A stretch of DNA of 63,955 nt, counting the filler, from Lama guanicoe (taxonomy: Eukaryota): NCBI GenBank assembly GCA_013239625.1. It is 204 parts of 204 records of this genome, joined end to end, with 100 filler letters (N's around TTAATTAATTAA, not from the genome) between each part and the next. Parts side by side here need not be neighbours in the genome. Positions count along the whole stretch, not along the records: positions 12,875 to 13,088 come from PNXV01037706.1; positions 13,189 to 13,402 come from PNXV01037707.1; positions 13,503 to 13,716 come from PNXV01037708.1; positions 13,817 to 14,030 come from PNXV01037709.1; positions 14,131 to 14,344 come from PNXV01037710.1; positions 14,445 to 14,658 come from PNXV01037711.1; positions 14,759 to 14,972 come from PNXV01037712.1; positions 15,073 to 15,286 come from PNXV01037713.1; 196 more parts are not named here. One strand, given 5' to 3'. Shown one piece after another: positions 12,775-25,962 of the stretch (positions are counted from its first letter, which is position 1; the number at the start of each line of letters is the position of its first letter). Made by a program: the position numbers and the translations under genes. Below the pieces are notes generated by a model. The model was given only the letters and a program-made list of their open reading frames with translations, had not been told where the DNA came from and made no database searches.

Positions 12775-13967
12775 NNNNNNNNNNNNNNNNNNNNNNNNNN
12801 NNNNNNNNNNNNNNNNNNTTAATTAATTAANNNNNNNNNNNNNNNNNNNNNNNNNNNNNNNNNNNNNNNNNNNNCACTCCTGTTTCCATATCCTGGCTTT
12901 TCCACTCAACTGACTGACCACAGTCAAGTTATTTAACTTCTCTGATCCTCAGCCTTGTTGTCTGTAAGGTAACGGCCACAATGTTTACCTTGAAAATGGC
13001 AAATAATTGACCTTATTAATTTTGAAAATTAAATAAATAAGTGTATTTAAAATTCCTGACACTTTGGGGCATGGTCCTCAACACATGGNNNNNNNNNNNN
13101 NNNNNNNNNNNNNNNNNNNNNNNNNNNNNNNNTTAATTAATTAANNNNNNNNNNNNNNNNNNNNNNNNNNNNNNNNNNNNNNNNNNNNAAGAAGAAATGT
13201 TTTTCTTGGACAGCATTCCATTGTATGGCTAGGCCATGCTTTATTTAATCGCCCTCTAATTACTGAATACTACCCAGTGGGCTTTTTTTTTTCATTCATA
13301 AAAAACCCTATAATAGGCAAAAATGAACTACCAATTTTGTGGATGTAATTATGAGTTTAGAATAAACTACTGGAAGACAATGTGACCCATAAATGGGCAT
13401 ATNNNNNNNNNNNNNNNNNNNNNNNNNNNNNNNNNNNNNNNNNNNNTTAATTAATTAANNNNNNNNNNNNNNNNNNNNNNNNNNNNNNNNNNNNNNNNNN
13501 NNAGTTCTCAGGGTAGTTTGTCACCTGCTGTCCATCAAGTCTAATAAGATGCATTGCGAATAGGATTTTTCCATCCCTTCAGCCTGTTGAGAAAAGGAAC
13601 ACAATTAACATGGTCTCTACTCATCTGTTTACAGAGAACTCTATGCAGATATTAAGTCTGGCCTGTGCATGGTGAGATAAGTACCCATGTCTTGATTTTT
13701 GCTTCAAATCTGTTGANNNNNNNNNNNNNNNNNNNNNNNNNNNNNNNNNNNNNNNNNNNNTTAATTAATTAANNNNNNNNNNNNNNNNNNNNNNNNNNNN
13801 NNNNNNNNNNNNNNNNTTTCAATTCCATTGACACTGAGTGGGGGCCATTTACAGACACCAGTGAACGCATCAGTTTAAGTGGTTCTTTAAACTGCCATGA
13901 AAATTTCTGTCTCTAAAGAAATAATTGGTTTTAAAAAACTATCAATTTTCTCTCTAAATATAGGTAG

Positions 13968-13969
<2 letters not shown>

Positions 13970-14000
<31 letters not shown>
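13970..14000 (+). repeat. (TC)n microsatellite
   Basis: Direct reading. Confidence 0.9.
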
Positions 14001-14002
<2 letters not shown>

Positions 14003-14444
14003 TTCTCTTGCACACATGAAAGAACAAATCNNNNNNNNNNNNNNNNNNNNNNNNNNNNNNNNNNNNNNNNNNNNTTAATTAATTAANNNNNNNNNNNNNN
14101 NNNNNNNNNNNNNNNNNNNNNNNNNNNNNNCTTCTTCTCTTGCTGACTCTGGTGCCCACAGGGAGCACTAGGCCTCTCCAAGCCTGTCTCCCCTCGTTCC
14201 GGTCTGTGAAATGAGCACAGTGGAGATGTGCATCTCACGGATGTGGACACATGGCCAAGCGCTGTTCAGATCTTCCAGGCTGTACCTCCTGAAGCGCGTG
14301 CCCCTGTTACTGCATTGGACGCAGGCCTGCCGGTGCCTGGGGCCNNNNNNNNNNNNNNNNNNNNNNNNNNNNNNNNNNNNNNNNNNNNTTAATTAATTAA
14401 NNNNNNNNNNNNNNNNNNNNNNNNNNNNNNNNNNNNNNNNNNNN

Positions 14445-14658
14445 CTGTTCTATACAGTTGGTCCTTGTTTATCTATTTTATATATAGTAGTGTGTGTCTG
14501 TTAACCCCAAACCCCTAATTTATCCCTCTCCTCCCCTTCCCCTTTGGTAACTGTAGTTTGTTTTCTATGTCCATGAGTCTATTTCTCATTTGTAAATAAA
14601 ATTTGTATCTTTAGATTCCACATATAAGTGACATCATATGATATTTGTCTTTCTCTGA
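14445..14658 (-). mobile_element. LINE-1 3' UTR (cetartiodactyl type)
   Basis: ttatctattttatatatagtagtgtg...ttcccctttggtaac...ttagattccacatataagtgacatcatatgatatttgtctttctctga. Confidence 0.9.
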
Positions 14659-15700
14659 NNNNNNNNNNNNNNNNNNNNNNNNNNNNNNNNNNNNNNNNNN
14701 NNTTAATTAATTAANNNNNNNNNNNNNNNNNNNNNNNNNNNNNNNNNNNNNNNNNNNNAAAAAAAAAAAATAGGTAGACAAAGTAATTTGACATTTCTTA
14801 GCCTCTGGTAGCTTACATTTACAGACAGTAGTCATTGAAATTATCATTTGTTTTTTTGAAAAAACACCATTAAGCATGAAATTATGAAGCACAACAATAA
14901 AGGTAAAACATAAGCCATAAATAAAATTAGTAACTATTTACTGGAAATTAGGAAACTCATTTTTAGGCCAATNNNNNNNNNNNNNNNNNNNNNNNNNNNN
15001 NNNNNNNNNNNNNNNNTTAATTAATTAANNNNNNNNNNNNNNNNNNNNNNNNNNNNNNNNNNNNNNNNNNNNAATGGGAATTTTCTTTTTGTTATTGAGT
15101 TATGAGTCATTTTTATATTCAGGAGATATATATATATATAGACACATATATATTAGAAATATATGCAGATATAAAATGTGCACGTTTCCTCTCCCATTCT
15201 GTAAGACATATTTTCATTTGCTTGATGGCTTTCTTTGAAGCACAGATGCCATTAATTTTTAGACAATCTGAAATATCTAATTTTTANNNNNNNNNNNNNN
15301 NNNNNNNNNNNNNNNNNNNNNNNNNNNNNNTTAATTAATTAANNNNNNNNNNNNNNNNNNNNNNNNNNNNNNNNNNNNNNNNNNNNGTGGAGTCTCCCCC
15401 ATGCTTGGGGTCCCATTGGAGTTTTCTGGCCCCCAGACATCAGGGCTCTCTGTGCTGACAGTCCACACACTGGCTGAGACTTGCACAATTTCACTGCCCC
15501 CTCTCCCAACCCCTCTAAAAGTGTCTGATGAGCCCCATGCCTTCCCAGGGAGATATTTACCTCTAGCTGAACAACAAGTAATTTGACACTACTTGGCTAG
15601 NNNNNNNNNNNNNNNNNNNNNNNNNNNNNNNNNNNNNNNNNNNNTTAATTAATTAANNNNNNNNNNNNNNNNNNNNNNNNNNNNNNNNNNNNNNNNNNNN

Positions 15701-15914
15701 TGACATGTGCAATGACTTTTGCATGATGGCCATTCTAACTGGTGTGAGATGGTACCTCATCTAGTTTTCACTTGTATTTCCTTGATACATGATCTGTTAA
15801 ACATGTTTAAGATGCATGAGCTGTTAAACTTAAAGGCTAATTGAACTTACAGGCTTTTGCACAGAAAAGGAAACCATAAGCAAAACAAAACGACAACCTA
15901 TGGAATGGGAGAAA
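15701..15914. mobile_element. LINE-1 with internal strand switch (5' inversion junction)
   Basis: 15701-15787 is antisense L1 (gatggccattctaactggtgtgagatggtacctcat); 15837-15914 is sense L1 (ctaattgaacttacaggcttttgcacagaaaaggaaacc). Confidence 0.8.
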
Positions 15915-17898
15915 NNNNNNNNNNNNNNNNNNNNNNNNNNNNNNNNNNNNNNNNNNNNTTAATTAATTAANNNNNNNNNNNNNNNNNNNNNNNNNNNNNN
16001 NNNNNNNNNNNNNNAAGACTTACGTGCCTTTCTAGAAAACTTCTGGTTGACGTCATGGACACTCGTAACTATTACCAAATCCGATAATGTTTTGGTTTCG
16101 TTATGTGGACATAAATCCAAGGTAGAGGGTTCACCATCTTCATACTTCCTCTCTTAGGCTTCTTGGTTGAATGTCTAGGACGTGGCACTGATTCCTAAGA
16201 ATTTCCTGTTCCCATATTTGTTGGCAGTNNNNNNNNNNNNNNNNNNNNNNNNNNNNNNNNNNNNNNNNNNNNTTAATTAATTAANNNNNNNNNNNNNNNN
16301 NNNNNNNNNNNNNNNNNNNNNNNNNNNNCAACCTGAAAAACCAAACCAACCCAGTTTCCCATCTCTTAATGTGAAGACATTAACATTAAACTCCCAGCGG
16401 CTTAATGTTATGTGCGTGTTGGACATGTCACCGTGCACTTCCTCTTCGAAGCGTCCCTACCACGTTAAAATCGCCCCTTCCCAGCGCTGGTCGTAAGGGG
16501 ACACTGCTGTTTCACTCTCCTTCGTTTAAAAGAGCTCTGTCCNNNNNNNNNNNNNNNNNNNNNNNNNNNNNNNNNNNNNNNNNNNNTTAATTAATTAANN
16601 NNNNNNNNNNNNNNNNNNNNNNNNNNNNNNNNNNNNNNNNNNAAGGTGACACAGTAGCAGGAAGAATTTTCTTAATTAGGAATAAGAGTGCAATTGCATG
16701 TTTGGGGAAAGTGAAAAATTAAAGCTAAAGCTAAGCAAGCTTAATGTTGTCTCTTTCCTCTCCTGTTGGAGTCCCCATTTGCCCTATAGGTCGCAGAGGT
16801 TTTAAGCCCCTGCAGGAAGACACTCAAAATGCTTATGTGTATCTGCCAAGTAAGGANNNNNNNNNNNNNNNNNNNNNNNNNNNNNNNNNNNNNNNNNNNN
16901 TTAATTAATTAANNNNNNNNNNNNNNNNNNNNNNNNNNNNNNNNNNNNNNNNNNNNTTAGTTTGCAGAATCCGTGCGACATTCAGGTAGAGGTTGTACAC
17001 TCCACAAGAAGGGTGCTCATCTCTTCATCGTGACTGAACTGTCAGTGCGGTGACTGCAGCAGATGTTAAGCTAGCTATCAACGCCAGAGCTGTTCTCAGT
17101 ACTTAACAAATTTCAAACTGCAGCAGCCTGGCTAAGAGTCTGTGCTCTTCACTTTTGGACCAGTGCTGGTNNNNNNNNNNNNNNNNNNNNNNNNNNNNNN
17201 NNNNNNNNNNNNNNTTAATTAATTAANNNNNNNNNNNNNNNNNNNNNNNNNNNNNNNNNNNNNNNNNNNNGCGCAGACACGACCATTTCACGTGAAAGGC
17301 AGGAAGTCCGATCCCGCAGCGCACTGAGCCTGTTCCTCCGCGGCCGAACAAATCTTTCTCTTGTAATAAAAATGTCTTGATATTGAGCGAATACATTCAG
17401 GGGGACACGAATAAGGTGGGGAATGACAGGCGGCTGTCCTGCCGGAGGCTGGGCAGCATTCCGGGCACAAGTGTGTGTGTAGCTNNNNNNNNNNNNNNNN
17501 NNNNNNNNNNNNNNNNNNNNNNNNNNNNTTAATTAATTAANNNNNNNNNNNNNNNNNNNNNNNNNNNNNNNNNNNNNNNNNNNNAGTCATATGGGTGTCA
17601 GGAACACCTGTGCCAGCCTAAGCAAATAGGGATGTTTATCAGGCCATATAGTGAAAAAGGCCTCAGGTTGTGTAACTTCAGGCATGGCTGGATCCAGGTG
17701 CCAAATGGTATCCTTGGAACATCGCCTCCTTTTCCACACCCTGTCACTCCCTTCCTGGGATTGGGCCTTCCCTCCCAGGCAGCCTTATCCATTCAGAGNN
17801 NNNNNNNNNNNNNNNNNNNNNNNNNNNNNNNNNNNNNNNNNNTTAATTAATTAANNNNNNNNNNNNNNNNNNNNNNNNNNNNNNNNNNNNNNNNNNNN

Positions 17899-18112
17899 CC
17901 AACATACCTGGGATTAAATCTGAGCTCTGTCATTTACTGGCTGTTTGACCTGGGTTAGGGGAACTTACCTGGAGTGTCTCTTTACTTAGTTGTAAAATAT
18001 GAGTGAAAATACACTTATTAGAGGGTGGCTCTGAGCTTTACATTAAATCATGTATGTTTGATATTTATCCCAGTCTTGCCACAGGCAGGTGATCAGTAAA
18101 TGTTGGTGGATG
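17899..18112 (+). mobile_element. MIR SINE fragment
   Basis: cctgggattaaatctgagctctgtcatttactggctgtttgacctggg...tgtaaaat. Confidence 0.7.
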
Positions 18113-18212
18113 NNNNNNNNNNNNNNNNNNNNNNNNNNNNNNNNNNNNNNNNNNNNTTAATTAATTAANNNNNNNNNNNNNNNNNNNNNNNNNNNNNNNN
18201 NNNNNNNNNNNN

Positions 18213-18426
18213 CAGAACACTCTTGGATATAAATTGTAACAATATTTTTTTTGGATCTGTTTTTTAAGGCCAAAGAAATAAGAACAAAACTAAACAAATG
18301 GGACCAATGAAATTTAAAAGCTTTTGCACAGAAAAGGAAATTATCAACAAAATGAAAAGACAACTTACTGAATGGGAGAAAATAGTTGCAAATGATATGA
18401 TGGGAAAGGGGCTAATATCCAAAATA
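18213..18426 (+). mobile_element. LINE-1 ORF2 fragment
   Basis: aaacaaatgggacc...aagcttttgcacagaaaaggaaa...gaatgggagaaaata...aaggggctaatatccaaaata. Confidence 0.92.
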
Positions 18427-18526
18427 NNNNNNNNNNNNNNNNNNNNNNNNNNNNNNNNNNNNNNNNNNNNTTAATTAATTAANNNNNNNNNNNNNNNNNN
18501 NNNNNNNNNNNNNNNNNNNNNNNNNN

Positions 18527-18740
18527 TGAAAACATTCAGAATGATAAGCAAAATGCGGTAAACACATCCAGCGGCGGATGAGTCAGCCTTTAGAAGGAAG
18601 GAAATTCTGACACATGCTACAACGTGCATAAGCCTTGGGGTCATGATGCTTCGTGAAGTAAGCCAGTCACAAAAAGACGATACTGTATAACTCCAATTCC
18701 ATGAGGTACCTGGAGCGGTCAGATTCATGGGGACAGAAGG
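18527..18740 (+). mobile_element. Old LINE-1 (L1M) 3' end fragment
   Basis: aaggaaggaaattctgacacatgctacaac...gtgaagtaagccagtcacaaaaagac. Confidence 0.85.
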
Positions 18741-20096
18741 NNNNNNNNNNNNNNNNNNNNNNNNNNNNNNNNNNNNNNNNNNNNTTAATTAATTAANNNN
18801 NNNNNNNNNNNNNNNNNNNNNNNNNNNNNNNNNNNNNNNNTTCAATGTGTATTTTCAGTATTAGTAATGCTTGACTTTCTCGCTCTTTTCTAGATTTAAA
18901 AAAAAATCAGTGGAATGAAGTTTCCATATTTCCCTCTCTTACTTGATTTTGAAGACTCTGATGTTGGCATTGGGACCAAATCCCGGAATCAGTATGGTTC
19001 GGAGAAGGGGGCAGTGTCTCTCCAGGGTCCTGCTGAACATCGGGGAGGGTGAAANNNNNNNNNNNNNNNNNNNNNNNNNNNNNNNNNNNNNNNNNNNNTT
19101 AATTAATTAANNNNNNNNNNNNNNNNNNNNNNNNNNNNNNNNNNNNNNNNNNNNTAAGTCTTGTGGATAGTGGATTCTTTGACTACAAGGGCAGTGTCTT
19201 TAAACTCTTTGAGAAACCCTTGAAATTCTTGCTCATACTCTGAAGAAGGAAGGCTCTCAATAAATGTTTTCTGGCTGATATGAAAAAGCACATGTGATTC
19301 TCATTCAAGAAAAGCAGAAGGTAAACTTATCTGCTTCAGAATACTGAGACCCAAAGGAGTTTCCCTTTNNNNNNNNNNNNNNNNNNNNNNNNNNNNNNNN
19401 NNNNNNNNNNNNTTAATTAATTAANNNNNNNNNNNNNNNNNNNNNNNNNNNNNNNNNNNNNNNNNNNNTCTTCATAAGAAAGATGTGTTTAAACATGCTG
19501 TTTCACACCCAGTTGCCCAGGAGTAGCCTCAATAGCAGGCTTCTGGGGGCAGGATGAGGAAAGTTGAAGTCTCGGCTTCTCTCTGGCGAGGCTTGGGCTG
19601 GGAGCTGGGAGAGTGGAAGCCCTGTGTTCTCGGTGGCAGTCATCTGGACTACAGCCTCTGCTCTCTGGGAGAGTGGAAGGGGNNNNNNNNNNNNNNNNNN
19701 NNNNNNNNNNNNNNNNNNNNNNNNNNTTAATTAATTAANNNNNNNNNNNNNNNNNNNNNNNNNNNNNNNNNNNNNNNNNNNNACTAGTGTGCGTGCAGGA
19801 AAATATGTTAAAATGAAAAGCGACTTCAAATAAAGTGAAAGGGACATTTTTTAGGTATTGAAATTTGCTTATTTTGGGTGGCCAATGTGAGGGTCGTGTC
19901 TTGAATGTTCAGTACTTTTTATTAAAAATTGTAAGTACAATTAAAGAAAAAAATCAGTCTGCAGGAGCTCAGAATCAGATTTCTGTTTGTCCGTTANNNN
20001 NNNNNNNNNNNNNNNNNNNNNNNNNNNNNNNNNNNNNNNNTTAATTAATTAANNNNNNNNNNNNNNNNNNNNNNNNNNNNNNNNNNNNNNNNNNNN

Positions 20097-20310
20097 TATT
20101 CAGCCATAAAAAAGAATGAAATAATGCCATTTGCAGCAACATAGAGGGACCTAGAGGTTATCATAGTAAGTGACCTAAGTTAAGACAAAGACAAGTATCA
20201 TATGATGTCACTTATATGTGGAATCTAGAAAATGATACAAATGAATTTATTTACAAAATAAAAACAGATTCACAGACATAGAAAACAAACTTATGGTTAT
20301 CAAAGGGGAA
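20097..20310 (+). mobile_element. LINE-1 ORF2 end and 3' UTR
   Basis: cagccataaaaaagaatgaaataatgccatttgcagcaaca...gacatagaaaacaaacttatggttatcaaagggg. Confidence 0.92.
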
Positions 20311-21980
20311 NNNNNNNNNNNNNNNNNNNNNNNNNNNNNNNNNNNNNNNNNNNNTTAATTAATTAANNNNNNNNNNNNNNNNNNNNNNNNNNNNNNNNNN
20401 NNNNNNNNNNTACGGAACATGGAATATCATGTTGAAGGAATCTATTCAAATTACGTATCACTAGGGTAGATTTTGCTCCAACAAGGTTTTTCTGGGATCA
20501 AACTGTGTTTCTTGAAACTGGAGATAGGAGAAGCAAGGAAGTCGAAGAAATATTTCAAAGTGCATAAGTAACTTTTTTGGTTGTTGAAACATCTGGCATG
20601 CGCATGTTCACAGCTCAGAAATGCNNNNNNNNNNNNNNNNNNNNNNNNNNNNNNNNNNNNNNNNNNNNTTAATTAATTAANNNNNNNNNNNNNNNNNNNN
20701 NNNNNNNNNNNNNNNNNNNNNNNNAGAGAAACACTTTTCTTCTTGTCCCATTATCTTTTGTGTCCTTCAGAATCAGAAGATAAGAAAATAGGGGGAAAGG
20801 GGTAAGAAGGGCTAAACTGAGAGTTTGAGATTTGCAGGCACTAACTACAATATATAAGATAGATAAACAGCAAGTTTCTGCTGAATAGAACAGGGAAAAA
20901 ACTATATTCAATATCTAGTAGTAATCTATAATGAAAAANNNNNNNNNNNNNNNNNNNNNNNNNNNNNNNNNNNNNNNNNNNNTTAATTAATTAANNNNNN
21001 NNNNNNNNNNNNNNNNNNNNNNNNNNNNNNNNNNNNNNCTCTTCTGTGCTGATTTCTGGTCTCATCTTCCAAGACAGGAAGACACCTAGAGCAGAATCTG
21101 CCTTCAAAACACCCAGATTCTGCATTCAAAACACTAGAAATGCTAATATTATTGCAAATACGTAAAACTGACTGCATCCTAGAAATAAGATGATTTTGAT
21201 CATTGGGAATCATTTTATGTGTATGAATCTTTCATGATCATTAAATAAATGTNNNNNNNNNNNNNNNNNNNNNNNNNNNNNNNNNNNNNNNNNNNNTTAA
21301 TTAATTAANNNNNNNNNNNNNNNNNNNNNNNNNNNNNNNNNNNNNNNNNNNNACCGGCGCTGTTAGGAGATTAAACCCTGAGAGTTCTCGTCACAAGGGA
21401 AAAAAGTGTTTTCCCCCTTTTTGTTTCTTTCTTTTTTTTTTTTCTGTTGTATTTCTGTGAGATTATGGATGTTAACTGAACTCACTGTGGTGACTATTTC
21501 CTTTGAAAGTCAAATCATTATGCTGTACACGGTGCTGTGTGCCAATTACACACATAGATCAGGGGANNNNNNNNNNNNNNNNNNNNNNNNNNNNNNNNNN
21601 NNNNNNNNNNTTAATTAATTAANNNNNNNNNNNNNNNNNNNNNNNNNNNNNNNNNNNNNNNNNNNNTACCAGGTTCCTGGGGTTCGGCACCCAGCCAGAA
21701 TTCTGGACTCCTGAACATGCCAGCCTTTTCTTACAACCATTTTCAATTTTTAAATGCTTATGGTACAGGCTACCTTTAATCGTAGAATATCCTCAGTGGG
21801 TGTTTATACGTGTGTGTCAGCAATGCACACAGTAAGATAAAAACAACATAAATGCGAAGAAAGATATGAGAAATAAATCTNNNNNNNNNNNNNNNNNNNN
21901 NNNNNNNNNNNNNNNNNNNNNNNNTTAATTAATTAANNNNNNNNNNNNNNNNNNNNNNNNNNNNNNNNNNNNNNNNNNNN

Positions 21981-22140
21981 TGAAATCAATACAAAGATTA
22001 ATAATGAAATATTTTATACACTAAGTCTGAAATCTGCTGTGTATTTTACACTTATATCACATCTCAATTGATTTAGTCACATTTCACATGCTCAGTAACC
22101 ACATACGGTTAGTGGCTACTCTATTGGAAGGCAGAAGACA
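21981..22140. mobile_element. MER3/MER33-like hAT-Charlie DNA transposon fragment
   Basis: gtgtattttacactta...cacatctcaatt...tagtcacatttcacatgctcagtaaccacat...tagtggctac. Confidence 0.75.
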
Positions 22141-24806
22141 TTCTCAAATATGCAAGAGCTTACAAAATTTAGTGCCCATGGGCTTTAAAAAAAANNNNNN
22201 NNNNNNNNNNNNNNNNNNNNNNNNNNNNNNNNNNNNNNTTAATTAATTAANNNNNNNNNNNNNNNNNNNNNNNNNNNNNNNNNNNNNNNNNNNNAAAACA
22301 TGATTATAAACTCTAGCAAATGTCTCTGGAATGCACCACCCTTCGCTCACCCCTACCTAGGACAGTGTGCAATGGCAAGCCACACGCTCGAAGAGGCTAA
22401 CAGTAGTGGTGACAGCAGGAGAGATTACTTTGGAAGCATTTACTCTGTGCAAAGCCCTGGCTAAACACTGGATGCCCTTTCACTTATTTAATCCTCACAA
22501 CCTTGAACNNNNNNNNNNNNNNNNNNNNNNNNNNNNNNNNNNNNNNNNNNNNTTAATTAATTAANNNNNNNNNNNNNNNNNNNNNNNNNNNNNNNNNNNN
22601 NNNNNNNNCCCATCGATAGGCTCTCGCTAATACTTGGTTTAAAGCCCAACCCCCACTATCCCCACTGTCCAGCCTAGGCATACCATCAGGGAAGACAAGC
22701 TAAGGGTTTCTTTTATAACCCAGGCGCTGCTGTCATTTGGAGGACCCTCCCCATAATCAGGATACCTGAGCAGGACTCCGTGTGTGTGCTGGAAGTGGGG
22801 AAACAGATTCCACGCATCTTTANNNNNNNNNNNNNNNNNNNNNNNNNNNNNNNNNNNNNNNNNNNNTTAATTAATTAANNNNNNNNNNNNNNNNNNNNNN
22901 NNNNNNNNNNNNNNNNNNNNNNGGGGAAATTGAAAATATTTTGAGCATAGATAGTGGTGATGGTTATATAATATATCTTGAATGTATTCAATGACACTGA
23001 ATTATACAGTTACAAACGGTTAAAATGATAATATTGTGTTATGTGTATTTTACCACAATAAAAAATTTTATGGGGTGGATTTGGGAAAAAAAAAAAAAAC
23101 TAGTAAGCTTCCTTGATGGGAGGAATCAGTAATGAANNNNNNNNNNNNNNNNNNNNNNNNNNNNNNNNNNNNNNNNNNNNTTAATTAATTAANNNNNNNN
23201 NNNNNNNNNNNNNNNNNNNNNNNNNNNNNNNNNNNNGGACTGGGCACCTCCCAGGTCTCAGAAATCTTTTCTCTTCTTGCTAAATTTTCTAGTCTTAAAA
23301 ATATATACATACATATATACATACATACATACATACATACATACTTTTTTTAAAAGAAAAATATTTTAAGGAAATAAGGAAATACAGAGAAGTAGATGGC
23401 ATTTTATAGGGACATACTGGTCTTGCTAAGATACTCAGTTTAAACAACAANNNNNNNNNNNNNNNNNNNNNNNNNNNNNNNNNNNNNNNNNNNNTTAATT
23501 AATTAANNNNNNNNNNNNNNNNNNNNNNNNNNNNNNNNNNNNNNNNNNNNCTGTTCTTTGTCTTATAGAAAAATTTATTATATGCCATGTTCTAGAATTC
23601 TGTTATGTAATTTAGCCTTTGGTATGATGAAGCATATGTAACTTCAGTTTTTATTTACTTATTTTCTTAAAGTTACAGTACTTCTCTTGAGTCAATGACT
23701 TTCCCTATTTTTCTTTTACGAAATTTGAGTAGTTTGTGGTTAGTGGTCTTACAGTCTTTTAAAANNNNNNNNNNNNNNNNNNNNNNNNNNNNNNNNNNNN
23801 NNNNNNNNTTAATTAATTAANNNNNNNNNNNNNNNNNNNNNNNNNNNNNNNNNNNNNNNNNNNNAGTGGTCCAGGCTTTGTTCTCTGGACACTTCATACC
23901 CACGTGTCATGGACTCTCTTCTCAGCCCTGGCAGAGCTCCCTACTTGAATCCTTTTCATTTTCAGAAAATTCTTGGCATAACGTTAGTAACTGCAGGTAC
24001 CCTCAAATGTGAAATGAAATCCTGGAGGTGAGCAGACCACGGCAGGGGAGATAATGGATCACATTTTCTGGATATCAGNNNNNNNNNNNNNNNNNNNNNN
24101 NNNNNNNNNNNNNNNNNNNNNNTTAATTAATTAANNNNNNNNNNNNNNNNNNNNNNNNNNNNNNNNNNNNNNNNNNNNCTCCACAAGGCAGGGATCTTTG
24201 TTTTGCCCTTAATCTCTCTCAAGCGCTGAGAACAGTGTTTGACAAATCATGTGCTCTTGATAAACCGTGTGGGGTGAACAAATGAGCGTCTCTCATGAAC
24301 AGTGGGAAAGCGTGAGGTCTGAAGGCGGGGTCTGTGGCTTAGCAGCTTGTCAGCTTCACCCCCACCATTGGCCTCTCTGAGCCTCAGTTTTTNNNNNNNN
24401 NNNNNNNNNNNNNNNNNNNNNNNNNNNNNNNNNNNNTTAATTAATTAANNNNNNNNNNNNNNNNNNNNNNNNNNNNNNNNNNNNNNNNNNNNAATTCCTC
24501 AAAATGTTAAAAGTAGAATACATCCCAGCAATTCCATTTTTAATATATCCTCGAGAACTGAAAATATGAGTTCACACAAAAACTTGTCCATGAGAATTTA
24601 CATCAGAATTATTCATCATCAACTGATGGATGGATAAACAATGTGGTGTACTTATATCAATGGCATATTATTTGAACACAAAAAAGAATTTGGGTACTGA
24701 TATATGNNNNNNNNNNNNNNNNNNNNNNNNNNNNNNNNNNNNNNNNNNNNTTAATTAATTAANNNNNNNNNNNNNNNNNNNNNNNNNNNNNNNNNNNNNN
24801 NNNNNN

Positions 24807-25020
24807 CATTTTAACCATTTTTGAATGTATAGTTCAGTGGCATTAAGTACATCCATATTGTTGTGCAACCATCATTGCTCTCCAGCTCCAGAACTTTTTC
24901 ATCATGCTACACTGAAACTCTGTATCCATTAAATAATAGCTCTCCATTCCCTCGCTCAGCCCTAGAAACTGCCATTCTACTTTCTGTCTGTATGATTTGA
25001 CTGTTTTAGGCACCTCATAT
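24807..25020 (-). mobile_element. Old LINE-1 (L1M) 3' UTR
   Basis: aatgtatagttcagtggcattaagtacatccatattgttgtgcaaccatc...ccattctactttctgtctgtatgatttgact. Confidence 0.88.
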
Positions 25021-25434
25021 NNNNNNNNNNNNNNNNNNNNNNNNNNNNNNNNNNNNNNNNNNNNTTAATTAATTAANNNNNNNNNNNNNNNNNNNNNNNN
25101 NNNNNNNNNNNNNNNNNNNNTCACATACACTGTGAACTCTGGCAATTGCCTCTGTGTGTGTGTGTGTGTGTGTGTTTGTGTGAATTAAGGGACTTAAAGC
25201 CGTTTTTTTGGATGCTAAAAAATATCACAAAATCACAACTGGCAAAATAAACAAAGTTATTTTCATGAACAGTAATTTTCTGATTGAAAATATGGTGACA
25301 TTAAATTTCATGGAACTTGGGAGAACTTACAAAANNNNNNNNNNNNNNNNNNNNNNNNNNNNNNNNNNNNNNNNNNNNTTAATTAATTAANNNNNNNNNN
25401 NNNNNNNNNNNNNNNNNNNNNNNNNNNNNNNNNN

Positions 25435-25962
25435 CAAACCTCAGAATACCTACTCTGTTGTGAAAGGATTTTTTAAAATTTGGCACACCACAAAACCCTC
25501 CAAAGATTCATGATAAATAATATTTTTTACATCAGAGTTGATAAGGTACGAAATAAAAGATTCTATGAATACAAATCTATAGTTAGACATTAAGCTGTGG
25601 TCTTGGATATTGATCAGTATTTTAAAAATCCCAGGTCATGACTCATCANNNNNNNNNNNNNNNNNNNNNNNNNNNNNNNNNNNNNNNNNNNNTTAATTAA
25701 TTAANNNNNNNNNNNNNNNNNNNNNNNNNNNNNNNNNNNNNNNNNNNNCAAACCTCAGAATACCTACTCTGTTGTGAAAGGATTTTTTAAAATTTGGTAC
25801 ACCACAAAACCCTCCAAAGATTCATGATAAACAATATTTTTTACATCAGAGTTGATAAGGTATGAAATAAAAGATTCTATGAATACAAATCTATAGTTAG
25901 ACATTAAGCTGTAGTCTTGGATATTGATCAGTATTTTAAAAATCCCAGGTCATGACTCATCA
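25435..25962. repeat. Two near-identical contigs (25435-25648 and 25749-25962), bubble arms
   Basis: Same ends; 4 transitions in 214 bp. Confidence 0.97.
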
